From Bugula neritina (taxonomy: Eukaryota; Animalia; Bryozoa): a DNA stretch of 64,000 nucleotides. Below, one piece after another: positions 1-10,837 of the stretch. Under the pieces are notes generated by a model that was not told where the DNA came from, ran no database searches, and saw nothing but the letters and a program-made list of their open reading frames with translations. The DNA lies in assembly GCA_964035545.1 (NCBI GenBank), contig OZ037768.1:19699700-19763699 (forward strand), written 5' to 3'. The translations under genes were made by a program, and so were the position numbers. Position 1 is the first letter of the stretch. Every line of letters starts with the position of its first letter.

Positions 1-772
1 ATAGAGTAAGATCCAATACATTTGATGAAGAAGTTGTGGTATATGTTGATCAGTAGCTCAATAGATCATGACTTTTATTATTATAATTCTGTTTTTATCA
101 ATATTGCCATTTATTCTGCAAAGTTTTGCAATATTTTTTAAATAATGTAATGCAAAAATTTTTAAAATTTCCAATTTTGTTAAAAGAATGAAAAAAACTT
201 ATGTTGCAAATGTATTTTAGGATTGATTTCAAATATGTATTGTGAGTAGAGTTTAGAAAGCTAATCAAAAATTTTTAGTTATCTTAAGATATGGAAGTAA
301 AGGGTGCATCATAATAATATACTGAAAAATAAATTTTTTTATTCAATTTGAAGTGAGTCTCTTGAAGGATAACTTAAGTTTAAAGTAACAGTCATGGGTT
401 AAATTTTCTTAGAAAAATTGTTCAACCTCTTAAGTTACTCATTGGCTAGCTGAAAACCAAAAAGCAATCGGATTGAATAGTTATTTTTAGTAGGAGGAGA
501 ATGAGTTAAGCATGATTAATTGAAATTTTTTGTATAAAATATCTATCTTTTCGATGTTTCACCATTATCAGTTTGTGATATCAATTAAAAATCTGCCTCA
601 AGTCAAAAGAAAATAAAATGTAAGTAATATTTCATATATAAATAATAAACAAAATTTTATGTGAAAATTAAATGAAATTATTAAAAAAAAATTTTCTTTG
701 TACGTAGCATCAAAAAATTATAAAGTTTGTGTTTAGATTTTAAATTAATGATTTTTAGAATATATAAAAAAT

Positions 773-907
773 ATGAGTGTTTTGGATGATGGACTGGTTA
801 AGTGTGGATATTGTGGAAATATTTGGGATGGCTGTGCACAGTGTGACTGCTATAACATTTTTCCAGAGATATATAATCATGTTGAAGAATCGAATCAAGT
901 ATGTTGA
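773..907 (+). CDS. 44-aa Cys-rich micro-ORF (CxxC...CxC), or first coding exon (773-898) of the downstream spliced gene
   Basis: Hand translation: MSVLDDGLVKCGYCGNIWDGCAQCDCYNIFPEIYNHVEESNQVC*. It is below the ORF-track cutoff. A phase-0 donor CAA|GTATGT at 899 is compatible with the acceptor TTTTTTTGTAG ending at 1271. Confidence 0.55.
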   Translation: MSVLDDGLVKCGYCGNIWDGCAQCDCYNIFPEIYNHVEESNQVC

Positions 908-1271
908 CAAATATTATGTTTCTAGGTGCACCTAAATATTTAGTGAAACTTGATTATGTTATTTTGGAGTTACCCTTTCATGAATGTGTTAGTACTTGTT
1001 TTGTGGATATGCGGAGCTTGTCCACAAAACATAATGAATTATTCAAGCAGTAATGCAGTCATGAAGGGGCAACTCTAAAATACAATAGCATCACAATATT
1101 ATTAGCTATATATAAATATATATATTTTTTTGATTTTATAATTTTTTACTTCTTGAAATATTTTAGAAAAGTTTTTTTCTGTAAGTTTATTTTGTGTTTG
1201 ATAATTTCAAACCACTTTAACTTAATTATGTTTGTGCAAATATGCTTTTAATAAGTAATGTTTTTTTGTAG

Positions 1272-3394
1272 ATGCCTCCAAAATCTCAACTTAAAAAACT
1301 TGTGAAAACCTTTATCAATGATGAAGCAATTGAGGTGAATGATGGAGAATATGAGGAAGAAATGTCATCTCAACTTGCACCAAAAAAATGTAAAGGAAAA
1401 GGAAAAGGCAGACCAACTACAAAGGTGGGTGTTAACCAGGGTTGGGGTAATTGTAATTTGTAATTGTAATTGGTTGTAATTATTTACATTTTTTCAAGTA
1501 ATTGAATGTAATTTGTAATTGATGTATAAAAATGTAATTGTAATTAATTACATATTTAATGTAATTGATTTTTACAATTACTTTATAATTACATGTCAAT
1601 TACTTCAAACTTTGAAATCCTAAAAGTTTCATACTTTTCCTACCATGCCTACTGTTAAATAACAAATTCAGATTAATTGTCAATGTGGTATAGTATTACT
1701 GTTGAGTACAAAGGAGGTTCAGCACTGTCAAAATTACCCCTGCTAGTTGGACCCTAGAAGTGAAATTGCATAACTTCTATTTATCTCTTGCTAGAACAAA
1801 AGTAATTGTAATTGTGATTAATTACATTGCCATGTAATTGTAATTGTAATTAATTACATTACTATTTGACTGTAATTATAATTGTAATTGTAATTGACAA
1901 ATTATCATGTAATTGTAATTGTAATTAATTACATTCACATGTAATTGACCCCAACCCTGGTGTTAACTTTTAATTCAGAAATTAACTTTGATTTTAAATG
2001 GATGAATTTTATTCACATAATTTAAACAATTTTTAAAATTTACAGACTTCTACAATTAAACGAAAGCTTGATTTGAGCAGCGACGACAATGTAGAAAATG
2101 ATATATCATCAAAACGCGCTTTGATGAACAAGGAGGCTCAACAAGAAATTGAGGATAATTTGGCCATGTTCAAAAAGTGGAGTGCCAAGTTGAACAAATA
2201 TTCTTCGACATCTGCTTGCTCTGCAAGCACAAATGGTTAGTATTTCTATGCTAATGATATTGTAATTTGCGTAAATTCCATGAATATTCTAAGTATTTGA
2301 TTATGTTAAAGGAAGTGATGTCGAGGAGGTGGATTCAACTCCACGTAGGGTTCTTCTGCCGACACCTTCCTCTGCATCTACTATGACCATTTCCAATTCA
2401 CCACCACCACATCATTTACAAAATCTATCATGTGATGATGATCATGTGTATACGATTCGCTTAGAGGATGCGAAAGTTGAGGACCTTCTTATAGAGGTAA
2501 TTAATTTTTGAAAAGTTATATACAAGTTTATTTTTGATGTGTTTAGGGACCTGTTTTTTTTACTTTTATATCTTATTAACAATTTTTTTTTCTTCTATGC
2601 AACTAAATTATTATAATATTTTATGCATGTGAATTTCTATGTTAAGGGAACTGGTAGATGGCTCTCAATTTACCACAAGCTTGACGACAAAAAGAGGAAT
2701 ATAATGATTGTTGCACGTAACCAACTCAGTCAAGGATGTAAGTAATTTTGCTATTTGTAGTTATTTAATATTTGTAAGTATGTGATTTGCCAAAATTACT
2801 CAAACGTTAATTTAACATAAAATAAATATATATTTTTTTTGTTTTAGTCTTGGCGCCACGGAAAAAGTGGGTTAATGGCGAATTTCAGGGAGAACCGATT
2901 GGCTATAATGTCAAACTGGCCCAGTCCAGTCATCTAGTCAAATTTATCCAGGGTATTGAGCGGGAAATAGCTGCAAAAGGTTATGTAGTCAAGAGTAGGA
3001 CCAAAACCCCCTATACATACATCAGTGTTAGAGGAAATGCCATCAGTAGCGACACAACGTGAGTACTATAAATATCCATATTATACTAAAAAAAAATCTT
3101 TTTTATTTGAGTTCAAAATTGAAAAAATAACTGATTAAATTGCGTCATGTTAATTTACATAGGTTCTACAACCGTGACAAAGAAATCACGTTTGAAGAGG
3201 CAGTTTCCATAAAAGACGAGCAGATGGAAGTATCTGTATGTATGGAATTGAAGGGTGTTGTGGAGATCGGAGAACTGAAGTTTGTAAGAGCTCGTTTGAA
3301 CAGTATAAGAATGGAAAAGACATGCCATCAACAACCAGAGAACAATCAGCATATTAATATTTGTAAGATAAAAAATTTTTTTGCCAGTGTATGA
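1272..3394 (+). CDS. Spliced Polinton gene, 6 exons, 353 aa; disordered N-terminus plus beta-rich C-terminal domain (possible OB-fold ssDNA-binding protein)
   Basis: Exons 1272-1424, 2046-2235, 2312-2496, 2647-2737, 2848-3058 and 3163-3394. All introns are GT-AG, phases (0,1,0,1,2) match, and the total is 1062 nt with no internal stop. This joins four separate ORF-track fragments. Function is inferred from sequence pattern only. Confidence 0.8.
1437..1959. mobile_element. Non-autonomous hAT-type MITE (523 bp)
   Basis: 12-bp TIR CAGGGTTGGGGT / ACCCCAACCCTG, perfect 8-bp TSD GTGTTAAC (1429-1436 and 1960-1967), and dense subterminal GTAATT/AATTAC repeats at both ends. Confidence 0.92.
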
Positions 3395-6300
3395 CACAAT
3401 TCGCCGAGTTTTGCATGTCATAGTTGTACTAGTGTGTTTTCGAGAAAGTTTAATCTCCTAAGACATATTAAATCATTGCATACCTCTGTTCAACATTTCT
3501 TATGTCAAAACTGCAACATTCAATTCACCTCTAAAATTGACTTACAAATTCACCACAACACTTGCAATGAAAACTTATGTATTCAAATTGGGGGAGCACA
3601 TTCATCTCATAATCACTCAGATAATGAAGAGGGTCAGACAAATTTTCAATCTCATAATAGTGATATTGATAATTTAATTAAAAATCGATGGAACTCAATT
3701 AAATCGTATTTTAAGTGTAGAAAAATTGTTGACATATACAATTTCCGCATGGTTAATCAAAAGAATGCATTTATACAAACCATAAAACATGTATATATAA
3801 CAAAAATAAAAACCCAAATTAAACTTCAATGCTGCATTGGTTTTGTTCTAATTAATAATTCAACAAAGCAATTGAGATACTTTCACAGTTCTGTTAACAA
3901 CACTGCATTGTTTTCCAAGCCTCAATCAGTTGGAAATCTTGAACAATTTTTACAAGTCTGTGAACAAATAAATCAAACAGATTTGCACCAGCATGCAATT
4001 TCTAAAAGACCAAACAGTTCATGGAGTGTTGCATTAATTACTAACATAACATTTTACTTCACTAAATTAACATTTGGCAAATTTGGTGCACCAATTACTC
4101 TACCTAAACACATTGTGAGAAACAAATCAATTGTTTCGCTTACCTCTAACCATCATGGAAAATATAATGACAATCTATGTTTCTTTCGTGCTCTTGCTCT
4201 CAGCAAAATATGCAAATGTAAAACAAAATGCATGTGTGTCAAACGCATTGAGCAATTGACTCTCAAATTCTTTCGAAATTTTTGTGCTGTAAAATCACTC
4301 CAGTGTAATAAAAAGTCATTTGAGGGTGTGGATATTCAAGATTTTGGTCTATTGGAAGAAATGTTCAATATAAAAATTACAGTTTACACATTGGATAGCT
4401 TTGGAGTGTCCTCAATTCTAGTACAGTCAATGAAATCAAACATGCATGAACTTAATTTATGTGCTTACAAAAACCACTTGTGCTATATTAAAAATGTTCA
4501 GACTTTTTGTAAATGCTTCAGGTGCAAGACCTGCTCCCAATGTTTTGACCGCAGATCAAATTTAACAAGGCACACAACTGGATGTGCCAAAGCGCAATCT
4601 CGATTAATTTACCCTCAAGAAACCTTTTTTCCTAAACCATCAATATTTGAAATTATTGAAGAGCAAACAGGAATAACTATTCCACCTCAATTAAGATTTT
4701 ACCCATATCGTGCAACTTTTGACATTGAGTGTTACCTTGAACCGATTAGTAACTGTAATACATCTATGCTTTCTTTTACGTCTAACCACAAGGTGATGAG
4801 CATCAGTGTTTGCTCTAATATTCCTGGCTATACTAGCCCCCTATGCTTAGTATCAAATGGAAATGTTGATGAGCTCATGGAAGGTTTTGTAATTTACCTT
4901 GAGCTATTAAGTTCAGTTGCCAAACAGTTATGTCTAAAACAATTTGAAAACATTTTTAATGACCTTGAGACTGTCAAAAATGATCAGCTTTTATCAGAAA
5001 AAAATTTTCAAAGCATGAATTGGTCTAATCAGAAAGTTTACAATAACAGGTCTATTGAAAATCTAAAAATGCAACTAGAATCCTATTTTAGTGAGCTTCC
5101 AGTTATTGGTTTTAATAGCCAAAAGTACGATATAAATTGCATGAGAACCCCACTTGTTAGAAATCTATTGAAGCATGATAAAATTCAATTTGTAATAAAA
5201 AGAAACAATGCAATGAAGTGTATCAAAACTAAACATTTAAAATTTCTTGACATCATAAATTTTATAGCTCCAGGGTTTTCATATGCAAATTTCATCAAAG
5301 CATACAATTGTAGTATGAAGAAAGGCTTTTTCCCATATGAATATGTCACATCATTAGAAAAGCTCAATGAGAATTCTCTGCCTGCACATGAAGCTTTCTA
5401 CAGTAGTCTAACTCAATCAAATATCACAGCAGCAGACTATCAGAATTGTAAACAGGTTTGGCAAAACAAAAGCATGCTCACAATGAAAGATTATTTAATT
5501 TATTACAACAATCTTGATGTATTACCATTTTTAGAGGCAGTTGAAAAACAACACATGGTTTATCGAGAAAAAGGCATAGATATGTTCAAGGATGGAATTA
5601 GTGTTCCATCTTTAGCTACTAAATGGTTATTTAATGAATCAAATACTAAAAACTTTTCTATTCCGTTGATTGGCAGAAAAGATGCAGACTTGTATAAAAC
5701 TATACGGAATAATATTATTGGGGGTCCAAGTATTGTTTTCCACAGATATCATGAAGCTGACAAAACTTTTATTCGTAAAAATTCATTTGGTAGTAAATCA
5801 AAAGTTTGTAAAAATGTGTTTGGCTTTGATGCCAATGCTTTGTATTTGTATTGTGCTATGCAAGAACTTCCAACAGGTTCAATCATTAGGAGACGTAAAG
5901 AAAATAACTTTCGTCCAAAGTTTTGTGACTATTTTGGGAGACTGAGTGTTGAATGGTTAGAGTACTGCTCCTACTTGAATGGTGTGTTTATTCAACATAA
6001 ATATAATAAGGGTGAACAAAAAGTTGGGCAACACGGGCTCCCAGTAGATGGTTATTGCAAGCAATTGAAAACAGTTTTTCAGTTTCATGGTTGTTTATTT
6101 CATGGACATAAGTGTGTAAAAACAAAAGGGGTAGTATTTAATCCAATCAACGGAAAATCAATGACATCATTGTACCAAGACACTAAAATAAAAGAATCTT
6201 ATATCCGTGCATTAGGTTATAGACTTGAGGTGATATATGAATGCCAATGGGAAAGTTATAAGAAGTTTTCAAAACATTGTAAAGATTTTGTAGCTTCGTT

Positions 6301-7575
6301 TTTTTCTAGAGCAATGGAGGAAAATAAACCAATGACTGAAAAAGATATTCTTAATGCAGTTGAAAACAATTTATTTTATGGTTTTGTAGAATGTGATTTA
6401 TATGTTCCTGACAGTTTGAAATCTAAGTTTTCTGAAATGACACCAATTTTTAAACATGCAAGTTTAAGTAGATCTGACTTGTCAGAGGATATGTTAAAAT
6501 ATGCTGTACACTATGACATGTTAAAACAGGCTCAAAAGACACTTATTGGTAGTTACTATGGCAAAAAGATTTTGGTACTTACTCCGCTTCTTAGGTGGTA
6601 TTTATCACATGGACTATGTGTTTCTAATATTTATCAGGTTGTTCAATTTAAACAGCATAAATGCTTTGTGAAATTTGGAGAGTCTGTATGTCAAATGAGA
6701 CGTAATGCTGACAAAGACTCTTCCATGAAAATTCTTGCTGAAACATCGAAGCTTTGCGGTAATGTAATATATGGTGCAACTATAACAAATAAAGAGCGTT
6801 TTACTGATGTAAAATTTGTTTCTAATTTAAATGCTGCTCAAAAGCTTGTAGGTAGTAAACATTTTATGTCTGTAGAAGAGCTCGATGATGAATTATTTGA
6901 AATTCAAATGAGTAAAGAAAGAATTAAATTAGACACTCCTATTGTTATTGGTTTTTCAATTTTACAGCTAGCTAAGCTTCGAATGCTTGAATTTTATTAT
7001 GACCTTATGTTGAAGTATTTTGATAGGTCAGACTTTGAATATGTTCAGATGGACACTGACAGTGCTTACTTTGCTATGAGTGGTGACTTTGAAGACCTCG
7101 TGATTCCCCAAAAGCGTCATCAGTTCTTTGATGAGTATGATAAATGGTTTGTTCCAGAATTTTGTGATACTCATAAAACCCAATTTGTTGAATGTAAAGC
7201 AAATTTTGGTGCTTGGAAAATGAGTAACTGCTGTAAAGAGTCTTTTAATTTTCACCGAAGGACCCCTGGTCTATTTAAACAAGAATTCCGTGGAAAAGGA
7301 ATTATTGCTCTGAATTCAAAAACCTATTTTTGTTTTGGAGATGAGGGTAACAAACTTAAACCAAAGGCATAATTAAACGATGTAATGACATAAAAAAAGA
7401 AGAATTTTTAAATGTGCTAAATAACAAATCTAGGGTGCATGGAACAAATAGGGGAATTATGAGGCGCAACAACAAAGTCATGACTTATAATCAAACTAGA
7501 GCTGGTCTTAGTTTTTTCTATGCTAAGCGAAAAGTACATAGTGATGGAGTTACTACTTTTCCACTTGATATGTAG
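3391..7575 (+). CDS. polB: Protein-primed family B DNA polymerase (C2H2 fingers, terminal-protein region, vOTU-like domain, exonuclease, Vsr-like nuclease insert, polymerase); frameshifted
   Basis: Main ORF 3434-7372: ExoI FDIE, ExoII FNSQKYD, ExoIII YNNLD, pol motifs DANALY, KLCGNVIYG, MDTDS and PGLFKQE. The conserved C-terminus (KGI...LSFFYAKRKVHSDGVTTFPLDM*) continues in another frame, 7363-7575. The zinc finger FACHSCTSVFSRKFNLLRHIKSLH begins upstream of 3434 with no in-frame ATG. ATG 3391 as the start is an inference. Confidence 0.93.
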
Positions 7576-7836
7576 ATATCGTGCTGTTATTCCAAATATT
7601 GTGTATATATTTTGATGTATAAAAATGAATCTTATATTATTATCTTTTATTTTTAAATATTTTTTTGCTTTCACAATTATGGTGTTTTTACAAATGTATG
7701 GGTGTTGGTTTTTATAACTTACTAAAAATAAACTAAAATATAAAACTTCATACTTGGTCTTTTAGATTAAAAATGTATATTATAATTGCACACTTCATTC
7801 CTTTGTCATAGATAGTTTAGCATCCAATTTGTCACA

Positions 7837-8157
7837 ATGTCTCTGCGCTTTAAAAGAAACCTTTCAGAATTACAAAAGCTTCATAGGGCATCACCTCAAA
7901 AAAAGAAAACCTTGCTTAAATCTGCTAATAGTGATTTAATTGGTGCACTTTGTGATTGTGCTTGCAATATAATTAAAGGAAATGTTCCTTTGACTTCAAA
8001 GCAGTTCAATAATCTTAGGAAGCATCATAAACAATTAAAAGCTCTCACTAATAAGTCGAGTGTCAAAAATAAACGCAAAATTATTCAAAAGGGTGGATTT
8101 ATTGGATTGCTGTTGAAGCCTCTTGCTAAGATCTTGATGGGTGGACTTTTAAATTGA
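7837..8157 (+). CDS. Small basic Polinton core protein with protease site and amphipathic C-terminal tail (adenovirus pX-like)
   Basis: 106 aa, K/R-rich; IQKGG|FIGLLLKPLAKIL resembles the GG|F-hydrophobic tail of adenovirus pX. A TATA-like sequence lies at ~7776-7786. Confidence 0.72.
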   Translation: MSLRFKRNLSELQKLHRASPQKKKTLLKSANSDLIGALCDCACNIIKGNVPLTSKQFNNLRKHHKQLKALTNKSSVKNKRKIIQKGGFIGLLLKPLAKILMGGLLN

Positions 8158-8161
8158 CATT

Positions 8162-8917
8162 ATGAAAAAGTATTACTTAATTGATCCATCAAAATATGAA
8201 ATGCTTAAATCGGCTGCTAGTGCTAGAAATGAAGAGCAACAAAATAATTCTGACATGTTTGCGCATCCAAATATTAAAAATGTAAAAGATATAGATCAAA
8301 AAATGGATGAAACACTAAATAAATCAGACTTGACAGATTTTGAGAAGGTTGAAAAATACAATGCACTACTAGAGAAATATATCAGAAACTTTAGAAATGC
8401 TCTTGAAACCTCAAAATCTGAAGCAATCCTTGGTGAACCTGCTTCAAAAACTATAGACTTAAAAAATACTACAGAAAACGAAAGCATTAAACAGTTTCAA
8501 TCTCTTGAAGAATCACTTGACAGTATTCCTACATCATACCGTCAAAAAGCTCGTAAACTGGTGGACTTCTTGAAAAACAACAACTCATTTTCTGTTAATC
8601 AAAATAACGAACTGCTTTACAAAGATCAAGTATTAAGAGGCTCAAATGTTAATCAATTAATCAATGATGCAGTACGAAGCAAAAAACCAATAACAAGCGA
8701 TGCGTTATTTACACAGTTTGTAGAAAATTTGAATGCAGAAGGATACCCAGCTAAACAGATATTGTCCAAGAGCCATGTCCAAAACCCTCCAATAGCATCT
8801 AAGATAAGTCTTATTCCAAAAATGAAGAAAAGCAAGCCTCAAAGGCGTTTAGCTCCATATAAATATTCGTCTCAAACAGTAGATGACATACTGAAAAACT
8901 GGGTTTCTTCAAAATGA
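8162..8917 (+). CDS. Conserved Polinton protein of unknown function (251 aa)
   Basis: Intact ORF between the core protein and integrase. Motifs IDQKMDETL..LTDFEKVEKY, IPTSYRQKARKL and GSNVNQLI are of the kind seen in Polinton accessory ORFs (recognition from memory). Confidence 0.7.
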   Translation: MKKYYLIDPSKYEMLKSAASARNEEQQNNSDMFAHPNIKNVKDIDQKMDETLNKSDLTDFEKVEKYNALLEKYIRNFRNALETSKSEAILGEPASKTIDLKNTTENESIKQFQSLEESLDSIPTSYRQKARKLVDFLKNNNSFSVNQNNELLYKDQVLRGSNVNQLINDAVRSKKPITSDALFTQFVENLNAEGYPAKQILSKSHVQNPPIASKISLIPKMKKSKPQRRLAPYKYSSQTVDDILKNWVSSK

Positions 8918-9999
8918 CCAAAAAGCGCAAAGCCAAAACCTCTAGCACATTAAACAATTTTTATTTCAATCCACGAGAAGTTGGAAGCTTAGGTGGAAAG
9001 CGTGTATTTTCCAAACGTTTGGCTGAGAATGGATATAAATATAAACCTAGAACAATTTCAAAATGGTTGCAATCTCAAGAAGCTTATACTCTTCACAAGC
9101 CTGTTAGGCGAAAATTTAATCGAAGATCTACATTAGCTAGTGGAATAAATGATCAGTTCCAAGCTGATCTGATTGACATGCAAAAACACAAAAATTCAAA
9201 TTCTAATCATGGTTATATCCTAACTGTTGTGGATGTGTTTTCAAAGTTTTCATGGGCTAAGACGTTAAAGTCAAAATCTGGAAAAGAGGTCGCTCAAAAA
9301 TTGAAAGAAATATTTACTTCACGCAGATGTAGGGTGCTGCAAACAGACAAAGGAAAAGAATTTTATAATACACAGGTCAAGACTTTATTAACAAAGTTTG
9401 ATATATTACACTTTTCATCAGAAAATGATGACATAAAGGGGGCAGTTGTAGAGAGGTTTAATAGAACTCTTCAAACTAGATTATATCGATGGTTTACCAA
9501 AACCCAGGAGCATAACTGGACTAATGTCATCGAACACATTGTTGATTCATATAACAATACCGTCCACTCATCAACAAAATTTTCGCCAGCAAACATTGAT
9601 AGGAAAAATGAAGAAGATGTTTGGCTTAATTTGTATGGAAACTTGAAAGCGCCTAATCTTTTGAAAGCAAGGCTAAAAATTAATGACATGGTTAGAATAA
9701 GCAAGTACAAACATGTTTTTAGCAAAGGATATATAGAAAATTGGTCTATAGAAACTTTTATTGTTAGTCAAGTTTTAGAAACTGATCCTGTAACTTACCG
9801 TCTTAAAGATCAACAAAACGAATTAATTCACGGTTCATACTATGAGGATGAGCTGCAAAAAGTCATGCAGTCTGACAAATTCGCAGTAGAAAAGATTCTC
9901 GATCAGCGAAAAGTTGGTCGGAAAATTGAATATTTGGTAAAGTTTAAGGGATATCCTGCAAAATTTAATGAATGGATTTCCAAGTCTAATTTTAAATAA
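8914..9999 (+). CDS. int: Retroviral-like DDE integrase with C-terminal chromodomain
   Basis: QADLIDM (D), LQTDKGKEF (D), VVERFNRTL (E); chromodomain FAVEKILDQRKVGRKIEYLVKFKGYPAKFNEWI. Confidence 0.95.
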   Translation: MTKKRKAKTSSTLNNFYFNPREVGSLGGKRVFSKRLAENGYKYKPRTISKWLQSQEAYTLHKPVRRKFNRRSTLASGINDQFQADLIDMQKHKNSNSNHGYILTVVDVFSKFSWAKTLKSKSGKEVAQKLKEIFTSRRCRVLQTDKGKEFYNTQVKTLLTKFDILHFSSENDDIKGAVVERFNRTLQTRLYRWFTKTQEHNWTNVIEHIVDSYNNTVHSSTKFSPANIDRKNEEDVWLNLYGNLKAPNLLKARLKINDMVRISKYKHVFSKGYIENWSIETFIVSQVLETDPVTYRLKDQQNELIHGSYYEDELQKVMQSDKFAVEKILDQRKVGRKIEYLVKFKGYPAKFNEWISKSNFK

Positions 10000-10081
10000 A
10001 TTTACAAGAATAAAAAATCAGTTGTTTCATATATTTATATTGTTGTCAACTACAATAAAATTCATTTTACCATTGATCATC

Positions 10082-10837
10082 ATGACTAGTTCATTCTACG
10101 CAGTGCTTCCTTCCAATTCATCTATGATTGAATTTCCTAAAAATAATCAACACACATTTAAAGTTAAACTGCCTACAACGCTCCCTTACTTTGAGGGAGA
10201 GTGGAAGGTTGGACTCTCTGAAATTCAGTTTCCATCAACTTGGAAGAATGTAGTTGATGGAACTGTAACAATAAGATTTGATGATTCTCACCCTCCTGTT
10301 AATTTTAAATTGTTTGATGGGGTATATTCTACTATATCTGAACTAATTAATCAAATCCAGAAAATATTTAGAAATGCCCAAGTTGATAACGATATTGTTC
10401 TTCATTATGATGATATCAAAAACAAAGTAATTCTTAAGGTTTTAGATAGGTCAGTTGGTTTTGGAATATCATTTAGTCAAAATATTTTAAACATGCTTGG
10501 GTTGACAAAGTTACCAGGGAATTTTTACACTGTGGGAATTTATGAGGAAGGTCATTCTGATATCACGGAAGGCTTTACAGCATTGTATGTGTATGCTGAT
10601 GTTGTACAAAACCGAATTGTTGGGGATTCAATGGTGCCTCTTTTGAGGGTTGTACCTGTGGAGCGAATCGCAAAAAAATCTTACATTAATTGGGTAAGAT
10701 TTCATCACATTCAATACGTTGCTGTCAACAAGACTTTGCAGGATACAGTAGAGATCAATATAAGACGAGATAATGGTGACATTGTGCCATTCGCAAGCGG
10801 GAAAGTTGTTCTGACACTTCATTTCACGAGACAATGA
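10082..10837 (+). CDS. Minor capsid protein (penton, single jelly roll)
   Basis: Begins MTSSFYAVLPSNSS...F.VKLP...GEWKVGLSEI and ends YVYADVV...VGDSMVPLLRVV...VVLTLHF, which is typical of Polinton minor capsid proteins. The likely start is ATG 10082 rather than 9968. Confidence 0.88.
   Translation: MTSSFYAVLPSNSSMIEFPKNNQHTFKVKLPTTLPYFEGEWKVGLSEIQFPSTWKNVVDGTVTIRFDDSHPPVNFKLFDGVYSTISELINQIQKIFRNAQVDNDIVLHYDDIKNKVILKVLDRSVGFGISFSQNILNMLGLTKLPGNFYTVGIYEEGHSDITEGFTALYVYADVVQNRIVGDSMVPLLRVVPVERIAKKSYINWVRFHHIQYVAVNKTLQDTVEINIRRDNGDIVPFASGKVVLTLHFTRQ

Noticed and set aside
9968-10081. N-terminal 38 aa of the 289-aa ORF
   Set aside because: It overlaps the integrase end and an AT-rich spacer; penton similarity begins at ATG 10082.
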